DNA of 63,102 nucleotides, the filler included, from Reticulomyxa filosa (lineage: Eukaryota > Protista > Foraminifera): assembly GCA_000512085.1 (NCBI GenBank). It is 21 parts of 21 records of this genome, joined end to end, with 100 filler letters (N's around TTAATTAATTAA, not from the genome) between each part and the next. Parts side by side here need not be neighbours in the genome. Positions count along the whole stretch, not along the records: positions 36,534 to 38,314 come from ASPP01019113.1; positions 38,415 to 42,803 come from ASPP01006394.1; positions 42,904 to 47,001 come from ASPP01028932.1; positions 47,102 to 50,726 come from ASPP01005138.1; 17 more parts are not named here. One strand, given 5' to 3'. The notes under the pieces were generated by a model. The model had not been told where the DNA came from, did not search any database, and saw nothing but the letters and a program-made list of their open reading frames with translations. A program made the translations under genes and the position numbers. Position 1 is the stretch's first letter. The number at the start of each line of letters is the position of its first letter. Shown in pieces: positions 36,434 through 49,439 of the stretch.

Positions 36434-36699
36434 NNNNNNNNNNNNNNNNNNNNNNNNNNNNNNNNNNNNNNNNNNNNTTAATTAATTAANNNNNNNNNNN
36501 NNNNNNNNNNNNNNNNNNNNNNNNNNNNNNNNNTACCAAGGATTTTCTTTTGACCAAAGTAAATTGATGTTTTGTTTTGTTTCATTGTTTGTTTGAATTA
36601 TGTTCTATTTTTACAATTTTCATTCAGTACATATTAAAGTTTTGTGAATACAGCCAGTTGGAGCAAAATCCACGCTGTATTTCCTTTTTTAAATTGTGA

Positions 36700-38100
36700 G
36701 TTACTGAATCTCTCCGGAGATTTGGAGACTTTGTGATACCATCCGGTCTGATCAAAATCTACTGGTTATGATGTTTCTTGTTGATCAAATTCTGCTTGCA
36801 ATAAATTTCAGGAACACCATTTTCTCCAAGTTTTCCCATCGGAAAGTTGTAAATCTCTGAATCGCATTTGTTATGAATCGCATCCACAGCAAATTTGCAG
36901 TCAGAGAGGATTACAACTCTTTCGTCTTTGCAATTTTGATTTAATTGAACGTATTTCAATACTTGACGGATTGCCTCAATTTCACATCCAATCATTGTGG
37001 TAATTCATTGGATAGTAATTCAGTCCATTTTGATAGCAACGAATATTGGATGGCCAATCCTGCTCCTCCAAGTCCTGCAGCTTCCATCCATAAATATTAC
37101 AGTCGTCACATCGTGGAACTTAAGTGGATGTGGTAATTTTGCGATCTGCGTTAATAACTTATTCTATACCAACTTCAGAGGCATATGCTATGTATAAAGT
37201 TGATAATTTTACTCTCCAAATTATCTTTACATCAATTTCAATATCGTGGTTGTTTCTCCACAGTTGATATGCCATTGCTAAATTATGATCCATACTCCAT
37301 CGAATACACTTGTGATATAGTTTACTTCCTCCTGCTGCCTTCAAATTCAAATGGTATATCACATTCACAGTGTCGTGAATTTGTAACACCAAGAAAGCCT
37401 GTCCATTCCAGAGCGCACAGGCATATTCCAAAATGGTCTGATTATTGTCGTGTACAATAAATTTATATGAACACAAGAATGTTAAATATCCAAGTTTCTT
37501 TGATGCTTTGCCATAAACGTAGTTAATGTGCTGCTGGAATGTCATTTGTTGATCAACAATCAAACTTAAATATTTCACATGACCTGCTTCTTCAATTCCA
37601 TTCTCATTTACCTGGAGCTAATAATATTTTCTATTTTGATGCATACAATGAAATTTTATCCAAACTTGTTTGCATCAATGGCAGTCCCTTTTTCGTCACT
37701 AGTGTAAATGGATGTCCACAATGCTACATCATCTGCAAACATTCCGCTCATTTTACTTTTAATCAAATGAAATATCCATGCCAAGATTGGTAATATTCTT
37801 TCGTTTCTTCAGTCTCCGCTTTGTCTTTATCTGTCTTTGCGATTGTGCCAGATGTTGGTTTAAGAATAACTGAAATCTTTTTTGGATTCATTGATTTGAA
37901 TTGGGAAAATAACTGTCTTCTTGTTTTTCTTGCCATTATCTGTTATCCAATTACTGCACAATTTGTATTGATGTGATGTCGATTGATGACTTGGATCCAT
38001 CTTTTGAGTATATCAAACTGACTTGAATTTAGTGTCTGGAGATTATTGTTGATGAAATCCAACACAGATTCGCCAATATCTTTTTTTTTTTTTTTAAAGC
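36700..38100 (-). mobile_element. Non-LTR retrotransposon relic (RT and RNase H), same family as 10046-11212
   Basis: MFADDVALWTS (about 37710-37742, nearly identical in DNA to 10586-10617), VKYLSLIVDQQMTFQQHI, ILEYACALW, FMDGS, CEIEAI...VILSDCK (RNase H); heavily deleted. Confidence 0.88.
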
Positions 38101-38418
38101 TTTTGCACAGACTACTCCTTGCTTCATCTTTCACTCCACTGATTTTGGCCCTTGCCATAAAACCCAAAGTGCAAATAAAAGCAAGTTCAAGTACCTGGAC
38201 CAAAAGAGGTCATGGCACTAATAATAAAGGAAAACAAAAATAATTACAACTTGTCAAACAAAACGCAAATAAAAATCAAAATTTTGTTCAAAAATTGTCA
38301 AAAGATCTATCAAANNNNNNNNNNNNNNNNNNNNNNNNNNNNNNNNNNNNNNNNNNNNTTAATTAATTAANNNNNNNNNNNNNNNNNNNNNNNNNNNNNN
38401 NNNNNNNNNNNNNNTTTT

Positions 38419-38458
<40 letters not shown>

Positions 38459-38499
38459 CATGCGTTGCACATTTTTAAAATAGTTAAAAAAAAAAGAAA

Positions 38500-39332
38500 T
38501 CGTTTTATGATATTCACTGTGAGTGATCATATGAGTATTACCCGACCTCCATTGAATTCTACTCGCCATGACTACTATTGGGCAGAACGCCCCCACGGAA
38601 TGAAGTATGGCCGTGAATGCTGTACGCAATGGCCGTTTAATACTCATCCAACCTTTTTATTCCACATCCCGACTGCGTTTAACGAAACCGTGAGATCGTT
38701 TTATACGTTGGAAAAAGAGTGGAACGTGCAATTGCTTCAATGGAAAGCTGAACATGAATTAACCAATGTTTACATCAATGATCAAGTGATATCCTGTTTT
38801 TTTGTTTTTTTTGTTTTTTTTTTTGGAAAAAATTAAAAGTTTGTTGACACATGCAGCATATTACAAGTGCATTTCAACTTTGTTGAGGGAAAAAAAAAAC
38901 AATGCTAATACATAATAGGAACATATCTTACCACCACGACCACGGCTGTTTTTATTTAATTCACCGAGAACAATTGATGAAAACACTTTGAACTCCAACA
39001 ATGTATTGAGTGATGGGATGAGATATGCCAAGAAAATATTTCTGAACAGCGCAGAAGATAAAATGTTGATTAAAAAAAAGAATGACCAATACTTCCAATG
39101 CTACAATTGCGAGCAACCTGATGTACAAAAAACATATAGTGTTGCGGAATGGGACACTGACAACGGATTAGTTTATCAAATTAACAAGCATAATGCGAAA
39201 AAGTTTTGGGACATTATGCCGTTATTTTCTAATGGTTTGATTAACTTTCGCTCTTTAAATGAAACAAATCAAGGCCAAAGTAGCTATGTGCAATTGAAAA
39301 GGTTAGTTGAGGACATTATCAAGAACTCTTGA
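38500..39332 (+). CDS. C-terminal part of a hypothetical protein (possibly fringe/galactosyltransferase-like)
   Basis: GRECCTQWP...FLFHI resembles the CCS..ISFH end of GT31 enzymes; two exons; weak similarity. Confidence 0.4.
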
Positions 39333-39492
39333 GCACTCTCGTTTTTTTTAAAAAATTTTTTCTTTTCGCTTTCTTTTACCACCAAAAAAATTTTATGAAA
39401 TTAAAAGCTTAAATGCATCATTTCAATGTTTCACATATTTTCTGAAAATGATATCAGTTTTTAATTTTCTGCTTATATTTTCAACACTGACT

Positions 39493-41318
39493 CTATTTTG
39501 AGTCCAGTTCCGATAACCTTTTGTTCACTCTTTCTTCAATAGTTTTGACTAGCTTTTCTTTTTCTTCTCCGTTTAAGAAAGTTGCTCTGGCTGAATTTAC
39601 AAACGATTGTAAAATAGTTTTTTCGTCAAGTCGAATCAATTGAGAACATGTCTCTACCTCGTGGGAGTAATCTGTGGCCATAACACATGGATCATCAGTA
39701 TTAATCCCAAAGCTAACCCCTTTTTGTGCAAATATAGCGATGGGATGCCGCGACCAGTCCTTGTCTTTGAGTACGATATGTCTGACGGCACGGGTGATAA
39801 TACTTGAAGTAGGACAACACTCTACATGAGTGTTATGCTTTATCAAGCTGCATTCACACACATGTTTGTTTATTTATTTACATTATTTCTTGGCAATTGC
39901 AGAAATGAGAAAAAATTGGCCTCAACTCTTTCATAACATCTTCATCTTCCGTTGCTCTATATCCATGTCCAATGCGCTCAGCGTGCAAATTGTGGAGCGC
40001 ATCTTTGACACTTTCGGGTCCACAAGCCTCACCAGCATGAATCGTAATGTGCAATCCCTTGTCACGACGTCACATCAAATCAGAAATTAATTGTTTGCAA
40101 CAAAGCAATTGTCAAAGATCAAATTTTGAAAAAAAATTATATATAAATAAATATACATATATATATGTATATTTAGCCAAAGGTAAAGTGTGAAGTTCTA
40201 AACTTTAACATTTTTGACTTGATCAAAAAATTCTTTGTACTCTTTGCTTGTTGCGGCCTGCTCACTTCCAGCAAGATCAACACCAACGACACCTTTACTT
40301 TGATACTTGATTGCCAAGTCAACAACTTCTTGCGCCTTTTCCCCTCCTTTCCAATTGCGCATGCAGCACAAAATTGATTTTACAGTAATTCCATATGATT
40401 GACTTGCTTCGTGCAATGCATCAAGTATTGTCACCAACACTTCCTCCGGTGTCAATACTTTTGAGCACAGCAAATGGGGTGAATACCGGGTCTTCCCATT
40501 TTTTTTTATGTTTTTATTTATTTATTTATTTTTTTTTTTTTTTTTGCATTTCAAAAAGAAAAATATTTTTTTGTTTGTTTACAGTATGCCCCCCCCCCCC
40601 CCCCCCCCCCTTTTCCTATCTCTCCCCAAATGTATACAGTTTTCAAATATTACAAAACATTCACATACACAAAGAAACCTCAGTGTAGTAAATCTGCTGT
40701 TCATACTGTTGCTTTACAAAGCCCTTACACATATCAATGATGGCACGTTTGTCATCGATAAGATAGGCCATGTAGAACTCCATTTTATCTAGCACTTCTT
40801 CCAAATGCGCACTTTGCTCTAAACATGTCACCAATGGGATAAAGTCCTCCAAAGTTTTCACGTGTTTCGGAATTGCACTAGGGTGATTCCTTTTTGCTGC
40901 TTCATATAAAATCTTTGGGTTCACGCTGCCGTCTAGATGCACATGCTATTGTTATCGACAATTTTTTTTTTTTTTTTCCATTCACAAAAACAAACGTTGC
41001 ACATTAGTGTCATCACCATACACATCCCATGTTTTCCATACCAGCTCCACACGATAAAAATTGGATGAATCCCTTGGACTTTCTATTTGTATTACATTTT
41101 TACTTTCTTTTTTTTTTTTTTCTTTTCTTTCTTTTCTTTCATATTTTCACTCACGTCGTACCTGTTTTTGCTTCGTCAAGCTCTTCGGCTGTTTCGACTG
41201 CTACTGCGTTGCTCTTTTGGCCAGCTTCGGAAAACGTTGATGCACTCGCGCTTTGAAGGCCAGGTCTTATCTCCTCTGCTCGAGATTCATCCTCAGCTTT
41301 ATTGAAAAAATTTCCCAT
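39493..41318 (-). CDS. ADA: Adenosine deaminase, about 6 exons, with N-terminal MGNFF extension
   Basis: [56 protein letters not shown]; all metal and catalytic motifs present. Confidence 0.94.
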
Positions 41319-42269
41319 TATATGTTAGCAATATCTGTTTATTTTTCTATTCACAACGATTGACCGACAACTTGCAAGCCCTTGAAACTCAAAGTTGTGA
41401 AGGCTGACCCAATTATTTTTTTTGTTTTCCGAAAGGTTACACAAATGAATAAAACTGGAAACTTTCCACTTATTGCAAAGAGAAGGTATTGCTTCTGTTG
41501 ATCACCTCATGGTGTTATCAACAATCACAATCTCTTTTTTTCCCTACGCAAATTCGAACTACTGTATTTTGTCTAGTTTATGAAATATCTTTTTTTTAGT
41601 GTCCGCAACAACACAGTTAATTTTCTTATAATAAAATCACTGCAATAAGTATGTAACAATTTCAAACAAAGCTTCTCTCATTGTGAGCAACAAAACAATT
41701 AATTTTGGTTTGTGTTCAAGTAAATTTTTGCATTCAATAACTTACAAAAATTAAATTTGAAAATTGATATTTGTGCTTACAAATGTCATTTTTTTATCGT
41801 CTACCAGACTGACAATAAGATATATGTATATTTAATGTACATTCAATTATAGCACGCTATGTATCATTACACAACATATTATTCCTTTCAATTAAGAAAA
41901 ATAAATAAAGTCATTAATTTATTAAAAAAAAATTTATGTTAACAACATATAACTACCTTTCAAATCAATTATAGCATGTTCAGACAGATATTTTCAATAT
42001 CTTTGCATAAAGTGATTAAAGTCCTCAGAGAAAGCGAAAATGGATAATGATGACAGATAAAAAAATAAAAAATATGGAACTGGGCCCTTTTTGAGAAACC
42101 CTTCAATTGAACCAATTTTTTTTTTCGTTTTTTATGAACAGTATCTCAAGAAATTACCGTTTTTACTGATGAAATATGCGAAAACTTGTGTTTACAAGGG
42201 CGAAAAGAGTTGTACTGAACTGACCACAAACATTATGTTACAATAAAATTGGCTATGCTAAAAAAAAAA

Positions 42270-42740
42270 TTATTGACAAATGGGGAAATGAAAAGAAATG
42301 GGCTGATTTGGTTGTTCAGGATTTCTTTCAGTTCCCCCGGCATCATTGGATGCATTAATACAAAAAACGACATCCTGGAGTAAGTTTGGTAGATTTTCCT
42401 TGGAAAAGGTTTTATTGATATCTTGTTCGTCCTTCGAGTCTAGAGTCACATCCGACTCTTTCTTTTCAAAAAGTAAAGCTTTCAACTGTGAGGATCGGTA
42501 CACCTCCAGTTTTGCCCCTAAATGGTCTTCCCCAGGAGTGTCTTCAGTTTCATTCTCAGATGGCAGTTCACTGCTCACCGATACTTGCAAGCTCTTCCGA
42601 GTGACAAAGACATATCCACGTCCGTCGTGCACATGTCCACATTGGACAACTTGCAATTTCTTCAGCCGCTTCAAATTCCTTCTCAGCACCGGGCACCCTA
42701 TATGACAAGCAAGCATACTGTTTGCACTGAGCAATGTATC
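42270..42740 (-). CDS. Metallophosphoesterase (MPPED/239FB-like), C-terminal exon
   Basis: HIGCPVLRR...VVQCGHVHDGRG...FCINAS...NQPISFHFP. Confidence 0.72.
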   Translation of the reverse strand, partial: DTLLSANSMLACHIGCPVLRRNLKRLKKLQVVQCGHVHDGRGYVFVTRKSLQVSVSSELPSENETEDTPGEDHLGAKLEVYRSSQLKALLFEKKESDVTLDSKDEQDINKTFSKENLPNLLQDVVFCINASNDAGGTERNPEQPNQPISFHFPICQ

Positions 42741-43397
42741 TTTCCTAGAGAGAGAGAGAGAAGGAAAGAAAACACTCCTATCCAACGACAACAAACAAAC
42801 AAANNNNNNNNNNNNNNNNNNNNNNNNNNNNNNNNNNNNNNNNNNNNTTAATTAATTAANNNNNNNNNNNNNNNNNNNNNNNNNNNNNNNNNNNNNNNNN
42901 NNNCAGTTATTAATAGCATATTTTTTTCAAACTGCTTATTCATTGCCAGATAATAACATTGTCCTTGTAGACCTGTTTTTTTTTTAAAAAAAGATACCTT
43001 ACGTCCTTTTTCTAATATATCACTCCATTTTTATATTTTAAAAAAAAAGTTGGCAATGGACCTTTGTCTTCACGTCTTCGCTTGGTTCGATTGAACAAAC
43101 CCGGAATAAATGTGATACGTTTGGGTTGATTATTTTTGATCTTCATTTGACGCAAAGATGTAGACAATGGCAGCAATCGCAGTTTTATTCGAATAATGTT
43201 CAATTGCTAGAAAAATTGTTCTTATTTTGAAATTTATTTTATTTTTTAATTAAATTTTTAAAATTAGGCTTTGATTGGAATTGAATTGGATTTACATGAA
43301 CGTACACACACCACAAAACAAAACAATACAATCTTATTACAATTAACCACCCAAACTTTCGCGTTTTTTTTTAAAAAAAATCAAAACATGATAATAG

Positions 43398-43461
43398 CGT
43401 CGAAAAGCGAAAGCACTAAAAAAAAAAGCAAATCTAGGTTTTAAAAGTAAGAGATTATATA
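43398..43461 (+). repeat. 64-bp displaced copy of POP4 exon 2 sequence (44915-44978)
   Basis: 61 of 64 positions identical, same orientation. Confidence 0.9.
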
Positions 43462-44448
43462 AAAAACTGTCAATCATAGCTCAATTTTTTTTTTCTTTCT
43501 TTATTTTTTTATTATTAAAAAATTTTTCTTCTCTTTATACGACGATCGACAACGTTAAACGACACTATCGAAACTGGAACACTACAGTTACTCGAAAATT
43601 TATTGTTTTAAAAAAAGAAAAGTACAAACTTACATTATTGCACAAACGTTTTTTTACTTACCTTTTAAAAATTTTATACTGTAATGGGCAAATTTCTTTG
43701 CCTTATAAAAAAATTTTATTAATGGCATATGATCATATGGGGCATTCCTTGCCCCAATTGACCCTTTTTTTGCTTATTATCATCACCTATAAGCTGCAAC
43801 CCTTGCAAAGCTCAGAGGGATGGTAGTGTTATCTTCTATTACTGTTAACCGGATCAAAGCACATCGTAATAACAGGAGCAATGAAATAAAACAAACAAAA
43901 TAATCACAAGCAAACAAACACATTCAAAGAAAGTTGGTTGGAAACTAGCTGAATACTTTAAAAATAGTTTTAAAACTTTGAAATTTGTATGTTATCACCA
44001 ACAAATAAGTCTCTTGTTGAGCCAACACAAGCTGCAATCATTTTTCTTTATATTTACGTTGCACTTTCTCAATACCACAAATTTAAGTCAATATAAATAA
44101 AAATTTATATCTATTTAAAAAGTAAAAAATTTCTTAATTTACTACAATCTGTACACATAAAGATGAAATACTCATTGTTGGAAGTTGAATTAATCAAGGC
44201 TATTATTCATCGGAGATATTGATGTAAATAGTCTTTATAATTCATTTCATTATTAATATGCCAGACTTCAACTATAATATACAATATTATTTGAAATATC
44301 TGTTAAAAATTTGATAAGTTGTTGAAGTAACATTAACGTGATGCTGTCTACAAGCTTTGTTAATTGTGAACAAGAAAAGGATATTTTCCAAGGTTTTACG
44401 TTTTTTCGAAATTCCTTTTTTTTTTTGTGAAAACGAATATTATTTCAA

Positions 44449-45513
44449 ATGTCCAAACAAAACAAACAAATACTGAAATCAAAGCAACCACAAAAGAAGG
44501 AAAATCCAAAAGAATGGAAACCAGCAATCAGTGGCAAAGATGAAGAGCGCTATATGAATTTTTCACAAACGCTGAGACTGCCCAAATGTGTGACTAATTT
44601 CTTGAAAGAATTCCCTCAAACAGGGAAAAACCTTTCAAAAAATGCACAATTTGTGGACAATTTTTTCAATTCTGGAATGCAAAAGGATGTGCTTTGGATT
44701 CGCAAAAAAGACATAACACATCCAGCAACATCTCACTTGCAGCTCAAACAACAAGAAAATCTAAAAGGCTCTTTTCCCAAATCAGTGTTGGAAGACAATC
44801 TCAATTTAGGGTTCAGTTAAAAAAGGTCAATATTCATTCTGCCAAAACTTATTTAAAGTTATATTTTTAAAAAATAAAAGTGTGAAAATTTCGACTCAAC
44901 GCAGAAAAGTGGCACGTCGAAAAGCGAAGGCACTAAAAAAAAAAGCAAAGCTGGGTTTTAAAAGTAAGAGATTATATAGAATAAAAACCCATTTGCATTT
45001 GAAACAACACGATGCCCGATACAAGTTACCAAAGTATTGTCTCCCTTTTGTATCTCGTTTTAATCATTTGCAAGCTGAGAGTTCTTTAAATTGGGCTGAC
45101 TTTTTATCTTTGCATCATAAATGGAAACAATATGCATCCCGACATTTGGAACTTGCTCAGTCAAAGCCGTATTTCTCTAGCGAGGTCAGCGGATATTATA
45201 TCAATCATTGCATTTGCCAGTTGGATTTACATGGATGCTTTGTCAAAATTATTGAAGCTAAGGCAAAAAGATCGCTCCAGAATTTCCAAGGCATCATTTT
45301 ACAAGTTTTGCTTTACCAGTTCTTTTGATAAATTTATAGTTGATTATTTTTTTTTTTTTTAAGGTGTCAAAAAATCGGATTGTCTTCATTAGCCAGTCTC
45401 CAATACCTAATCGGTTGATCCATTTGCCGTTAGTGGGAACCGAATTTTCATTTACGATCAAAGAACGTTTATTTTGCATTCATGGCACACATTACAGAAA
45501 GTTCATAATTTGA
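44449..45513 (+). CDS. POP4: RNase P/MRP subunit p29 (Pop4), 3 exons
   Basis: FLSLHHKWKQY...LDLHGCFVKIIEAK...FQGIILQ|VSKNRIVFI...EFSFTI...IHG; introns 44811-44880 and 45305-45363. Confidence 0.85.
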
Positions 45514-46058
45514 AGAAGTGCCTCTTCAGCTTCCCACTTATTTCTTGTTTTTATTTTAATAAAGATTAAATTTGCAGCAATGTCGTTTTAACGATTGCTG
45601 TTTACATTATTAACCCAAAAAAATTCGTTTTTATTTTAAACAAAGCAATTGACATAGTTACAATGAGTGTTCCTGCAATGCGAACACACCGAGTTTGTCG
45701 AAAGATGAAAAAAAAAACGATTACAATTATCACGTATCAAAACAACTAGACGACATTCTCTTTTAATTTCAAATCATTATTCACAAAATAAGAAAAAAAA
45801 AGACAAAGAGAAAAAAAGGATAATGGAGCCAAAGCAATACAAAAAGTTGATCACAAATGAAAAGTATGCAACCCATAGACAACAAAAAAAGAAAGGAATT
45901 TATTTTTTTTTTGCAGTGTTTCCGTTACAAACTACAGACACAATTTTGAAACATCAAAAAAAAAGACAACACATTCAAAGAAGTATTTTTTCAGCTTTTG
46001 CTGGTGAAAACATTGTAATGAAAGGTAATAAAACAATTTGTAGGAAAAATAAACATAA

Positions 46059-46544
46059 TCACTTTTGGAGAGTACTCATGTATTTCTTGACAAAGCGATG
46101 AAACTCCTCTGTTTCGGCAAATCGAGTAAAGCTGTCACGAGCCATTAATTCGTACACCTGGATAGACAATAATGAATAAAAGGAGAAAACATATTGTTTG
46201 TTGTATGTGATATGAAAAAGAAAAAAAAAGAAAGACCTCTTCGGCAGCTTTGTCGAAAGCACGTAATAAAATGCCTCTTGGCTGAGAGGCAAAAGAAGAA
46301 ACGTGAGATTGATGGAGAAGATCATTGAGGTGCGGTTGTTTGTGTGGAGGCTGAGAAGGAATAGAAGGGCTTTGAGAGAGTTCGACAGGTTCATCAGGCG
46401 ACGCTGGCGTCGGGGACGGACTTGGCGATACAGAATGCACTTGTGCAATGTTATCCAGTGCTTGAGGTACGTTTTCTTTGACTTTGGCAAGGATATTGAT
46501 ATTAAGTCCATGAAGAGATGTTGCTTTGTCACGTGGCAGCTCTC

Positions 46545-46581
<37 letters not shown>

Positions 46582-47001
46582 GTTATGATCAGATATGATC
46601 GCATCGGCACTTATGTGTTTGTGTTTGTCCTTGTTTTGGTCTTTGTCATCATTGTTATTGTTATGGTTGTGATCGTCGAGAATCGACGCACTCGGCACCA
46701 CATTTAGCCGAGGAGAGACATTGGCCAGTCTGGGTTGTGTAGTGTGATCCTTGCGCTGTTTCGCTTTAACTTCTGCTTCATTGCCACTTCCATTGTCAAT
46801 CACGTTTTCTTTTTGTTCGTCACTGTCGTTCTCTTCGTCATTATTTTCTCCTTTTTCTTCTTCTTCTTCTTCTTCCTCTTCCTCTTCCTCTTCCTTTGTT
46901 CTTGCTTCTGGTCCCTTTTCGTATCCATATTCCATTGTCACAAAATCATTCATCTCTTCGTCTTCTTCCTTGTCATTCTTACTTTGCTGTTGCTGTTGCT
47001 G
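46059..47001 (-). CDS. RGS-domain protein C-terminus with long low-complexity insertion (5' truncated)
   Basis: AFDKAAEE|VYELMARDSFTRFAETEEF (terminal RGS helices) across intron 46158-46236. Confidence 0.78.
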
Positions 47002-49439
47002 NNNNNNNNNNNNNNNNNNNNNNNNNNNNNNNNNNNNNNNNNNNNTTAATTAATTAANNNNNNNNNNNNNNNNNNNNNNNNNNNNNNNNNNNNNNNNNNN
47101 NAGTTGTTTTGTTTTTTGAACAGACCGCAAAACCTAAAAAAAAAAATATGTCTTTTTTGTTGGCTGCTGTTCATTCTTCACTAAGGGAAAAAATAAATAA
47201 ATATGGGGTAAGGCCCCCCGTCTCCGCAAGGAGTACAAATGGTTTGGTATATGTTTGTACGTTTGTTTTTTTTTGACATAATTGACGTTGTTTGTTTTTT
47301 GATTAACAGCCTCAACCCGTCTGCTAAAAAAAACTGTATACGTCCAGCTCCAAGCTCCAAACAAATAACAATTTCGGGGCTGAAGCTACTCCGCGTTGCA
47401 AAAAAAATGAAAGGGTTTGTATCTTTTATTTTTATTTTATTTTATTTTTTTTTACAAAGTTTGTATTTGTCAATAGGCATGCTTCCATCAACAAAAATTT
47501 TTTTGGCACCTCCACATACAAAAGAACAAATAGATAATATTGGGATTCGAGCTTTTAGCTCCATTGCAAATGTGTTGTTGTTTGTTTTTTATATTTTTTG
47601 TTGTGATAGTGAATATTTGGGGGGAAAGAAAATAATGGAAAAAGAGGGAAAAAATGGAAAATAAATGGAGAAAAAGGGAAATAAAAGTGGGAAAATTAAT
47701 TTAGAAGAAAATAAAAATGAAAAAATGTTAAAAATAAAATAAAAAAAGATGACAATGAGAAAAAAAGTAAAAAAAAGATTAAAAAATGTAAAAGAGAAAA
47801 AAAAATAGTAAAAAAAAAAGCAAAAAAGAAAAGAAAAAAAAGTACGTATCACGTTATGTTTGTTTGAAAGAAAAAAAAACAAGCGGTTTTATTGACTTTG
47901 GTTATGGAATCGCTTTTTGCGCTTGAAAACACGCAAAGTCGCCGCCCTCAGACGTATACTAATTCACATATTGCGTCTTAATGGAAAATGTTAAACGAAA
48001 TATGTCAATGTCTCGAAGCGTTAATCAGAAGTATTGCAAAGGACTTGTTTATCATCAACGTATGTGGACACAAATTTCTATCGCTTTGATATGCCAACAA
48101 TTATCCGCAAAGATTTTGTCGAACTGCAATCTACAGATTCCAATGCAAGAAAAATTCAATGTATGGAATTGCTAATTTTATAAATGGAACACAATAATCG
48201 AAACAAAGATATTGGGCAATCGTGTCAAAACTGGCTGTGTGCGTGCGCATATGCGCAAATTTGGATTTTTAATCATGCTCGTGCTGATTGGAGTAGTCAT
48301 AAGCTCGTAGGCAACCATTGAATATTGATAATTGGTGAATATAGAGAAATTATTACATTTTCTGGATCTATCATTGCAAGAGCTATGTACCTTGCACTTG
48401 TCAAAAGAGCGCGTGTAATCTTTGCTGAACTATCTCCGGGATCGACTATTGACGACTGACAACGTGTTGAACGGCACCCAAGAAAGCAATCAAGAAGAAC
48501 GACAGCGAATACGTCAAAAAAAAAAGTGAATACAAATGATACCTTCACTAATCGCATTACCAATCAAAAAATTGTTGAATGGACGTATGTTGATTGATGC
48601 AAAAATTTCCAATAACGACAGTCATCCAAGGTCAAAGCGTGTATATCTTACAATTGTGACGATAGTAAATGAATTTGGTATTTAGAAAATGTCCATTGTG
48701 TATGACTGTATTGGAACAATCGAAGAGTGAGATGAAAGTATGACAAACACTTGGCAACAAACAATCATTGCATAAAGATCAGATCAAGATTAATTCAAAT
48801 AATAGTTGCGCCATTTGGAAACATTCACTCCTCCAACTTTGCAAGACATTCGGCCAGTGAACGGAAGCAATGACGAAATATTTTTGGATGAAGATGCAGA
48901 AATGAATGACGATGAGTACGAAGACGAAGATGGAGACAAAGACAACAAATCCAAACACGGATGCGCAAAAAGCATGTTGGTGAATTTGTTGACGTGGCTA
49001 TCAACTACCGAGATCGATTTCGAGTCTTGGGAAACAAAACAGGCGCTATGCACTATTTTTGCGATGTGGAGCTTTCCAATGAAAAACGTATTGAAATTGA
49101 ACTGGATAGTTGACATCCTAACCAATCGATGAAACTGTGCGAGAAAAGATTTACTTTAAAGTTAGTTTCAATTTATTTGTGTATTTATTCTTGTTTTGTT
49201 TTAATTTTATCTTATTGCATGCTAGTGCTCCTGATAGAACTTCGTTGTGGAGAATCTAGGAACAGTTGTATGATTTATTTATTTTTTTTTTAGAAAAAAA
49301 AATAAAAAAATAAGTACTTGATTATTGTTGGATTTTATTTTGATGTAGGAAAGCAAACTGACAATAACAACAATAACGACCTCCGCAATCGCCATTGCGG
49401 TCCGAAAACATCAAATACGATCCTCCAATTAAAATCATT

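Noticed and set aside
1896-45513. Alternative genetic code (stop reassignment)
   Set aside because: Conserved genes end in TAA (RPS11), TGA (RBMX2, POP4) and TAG (ADA) and have no in-frame stops in conserved exons; stops occur only in decayed relics.
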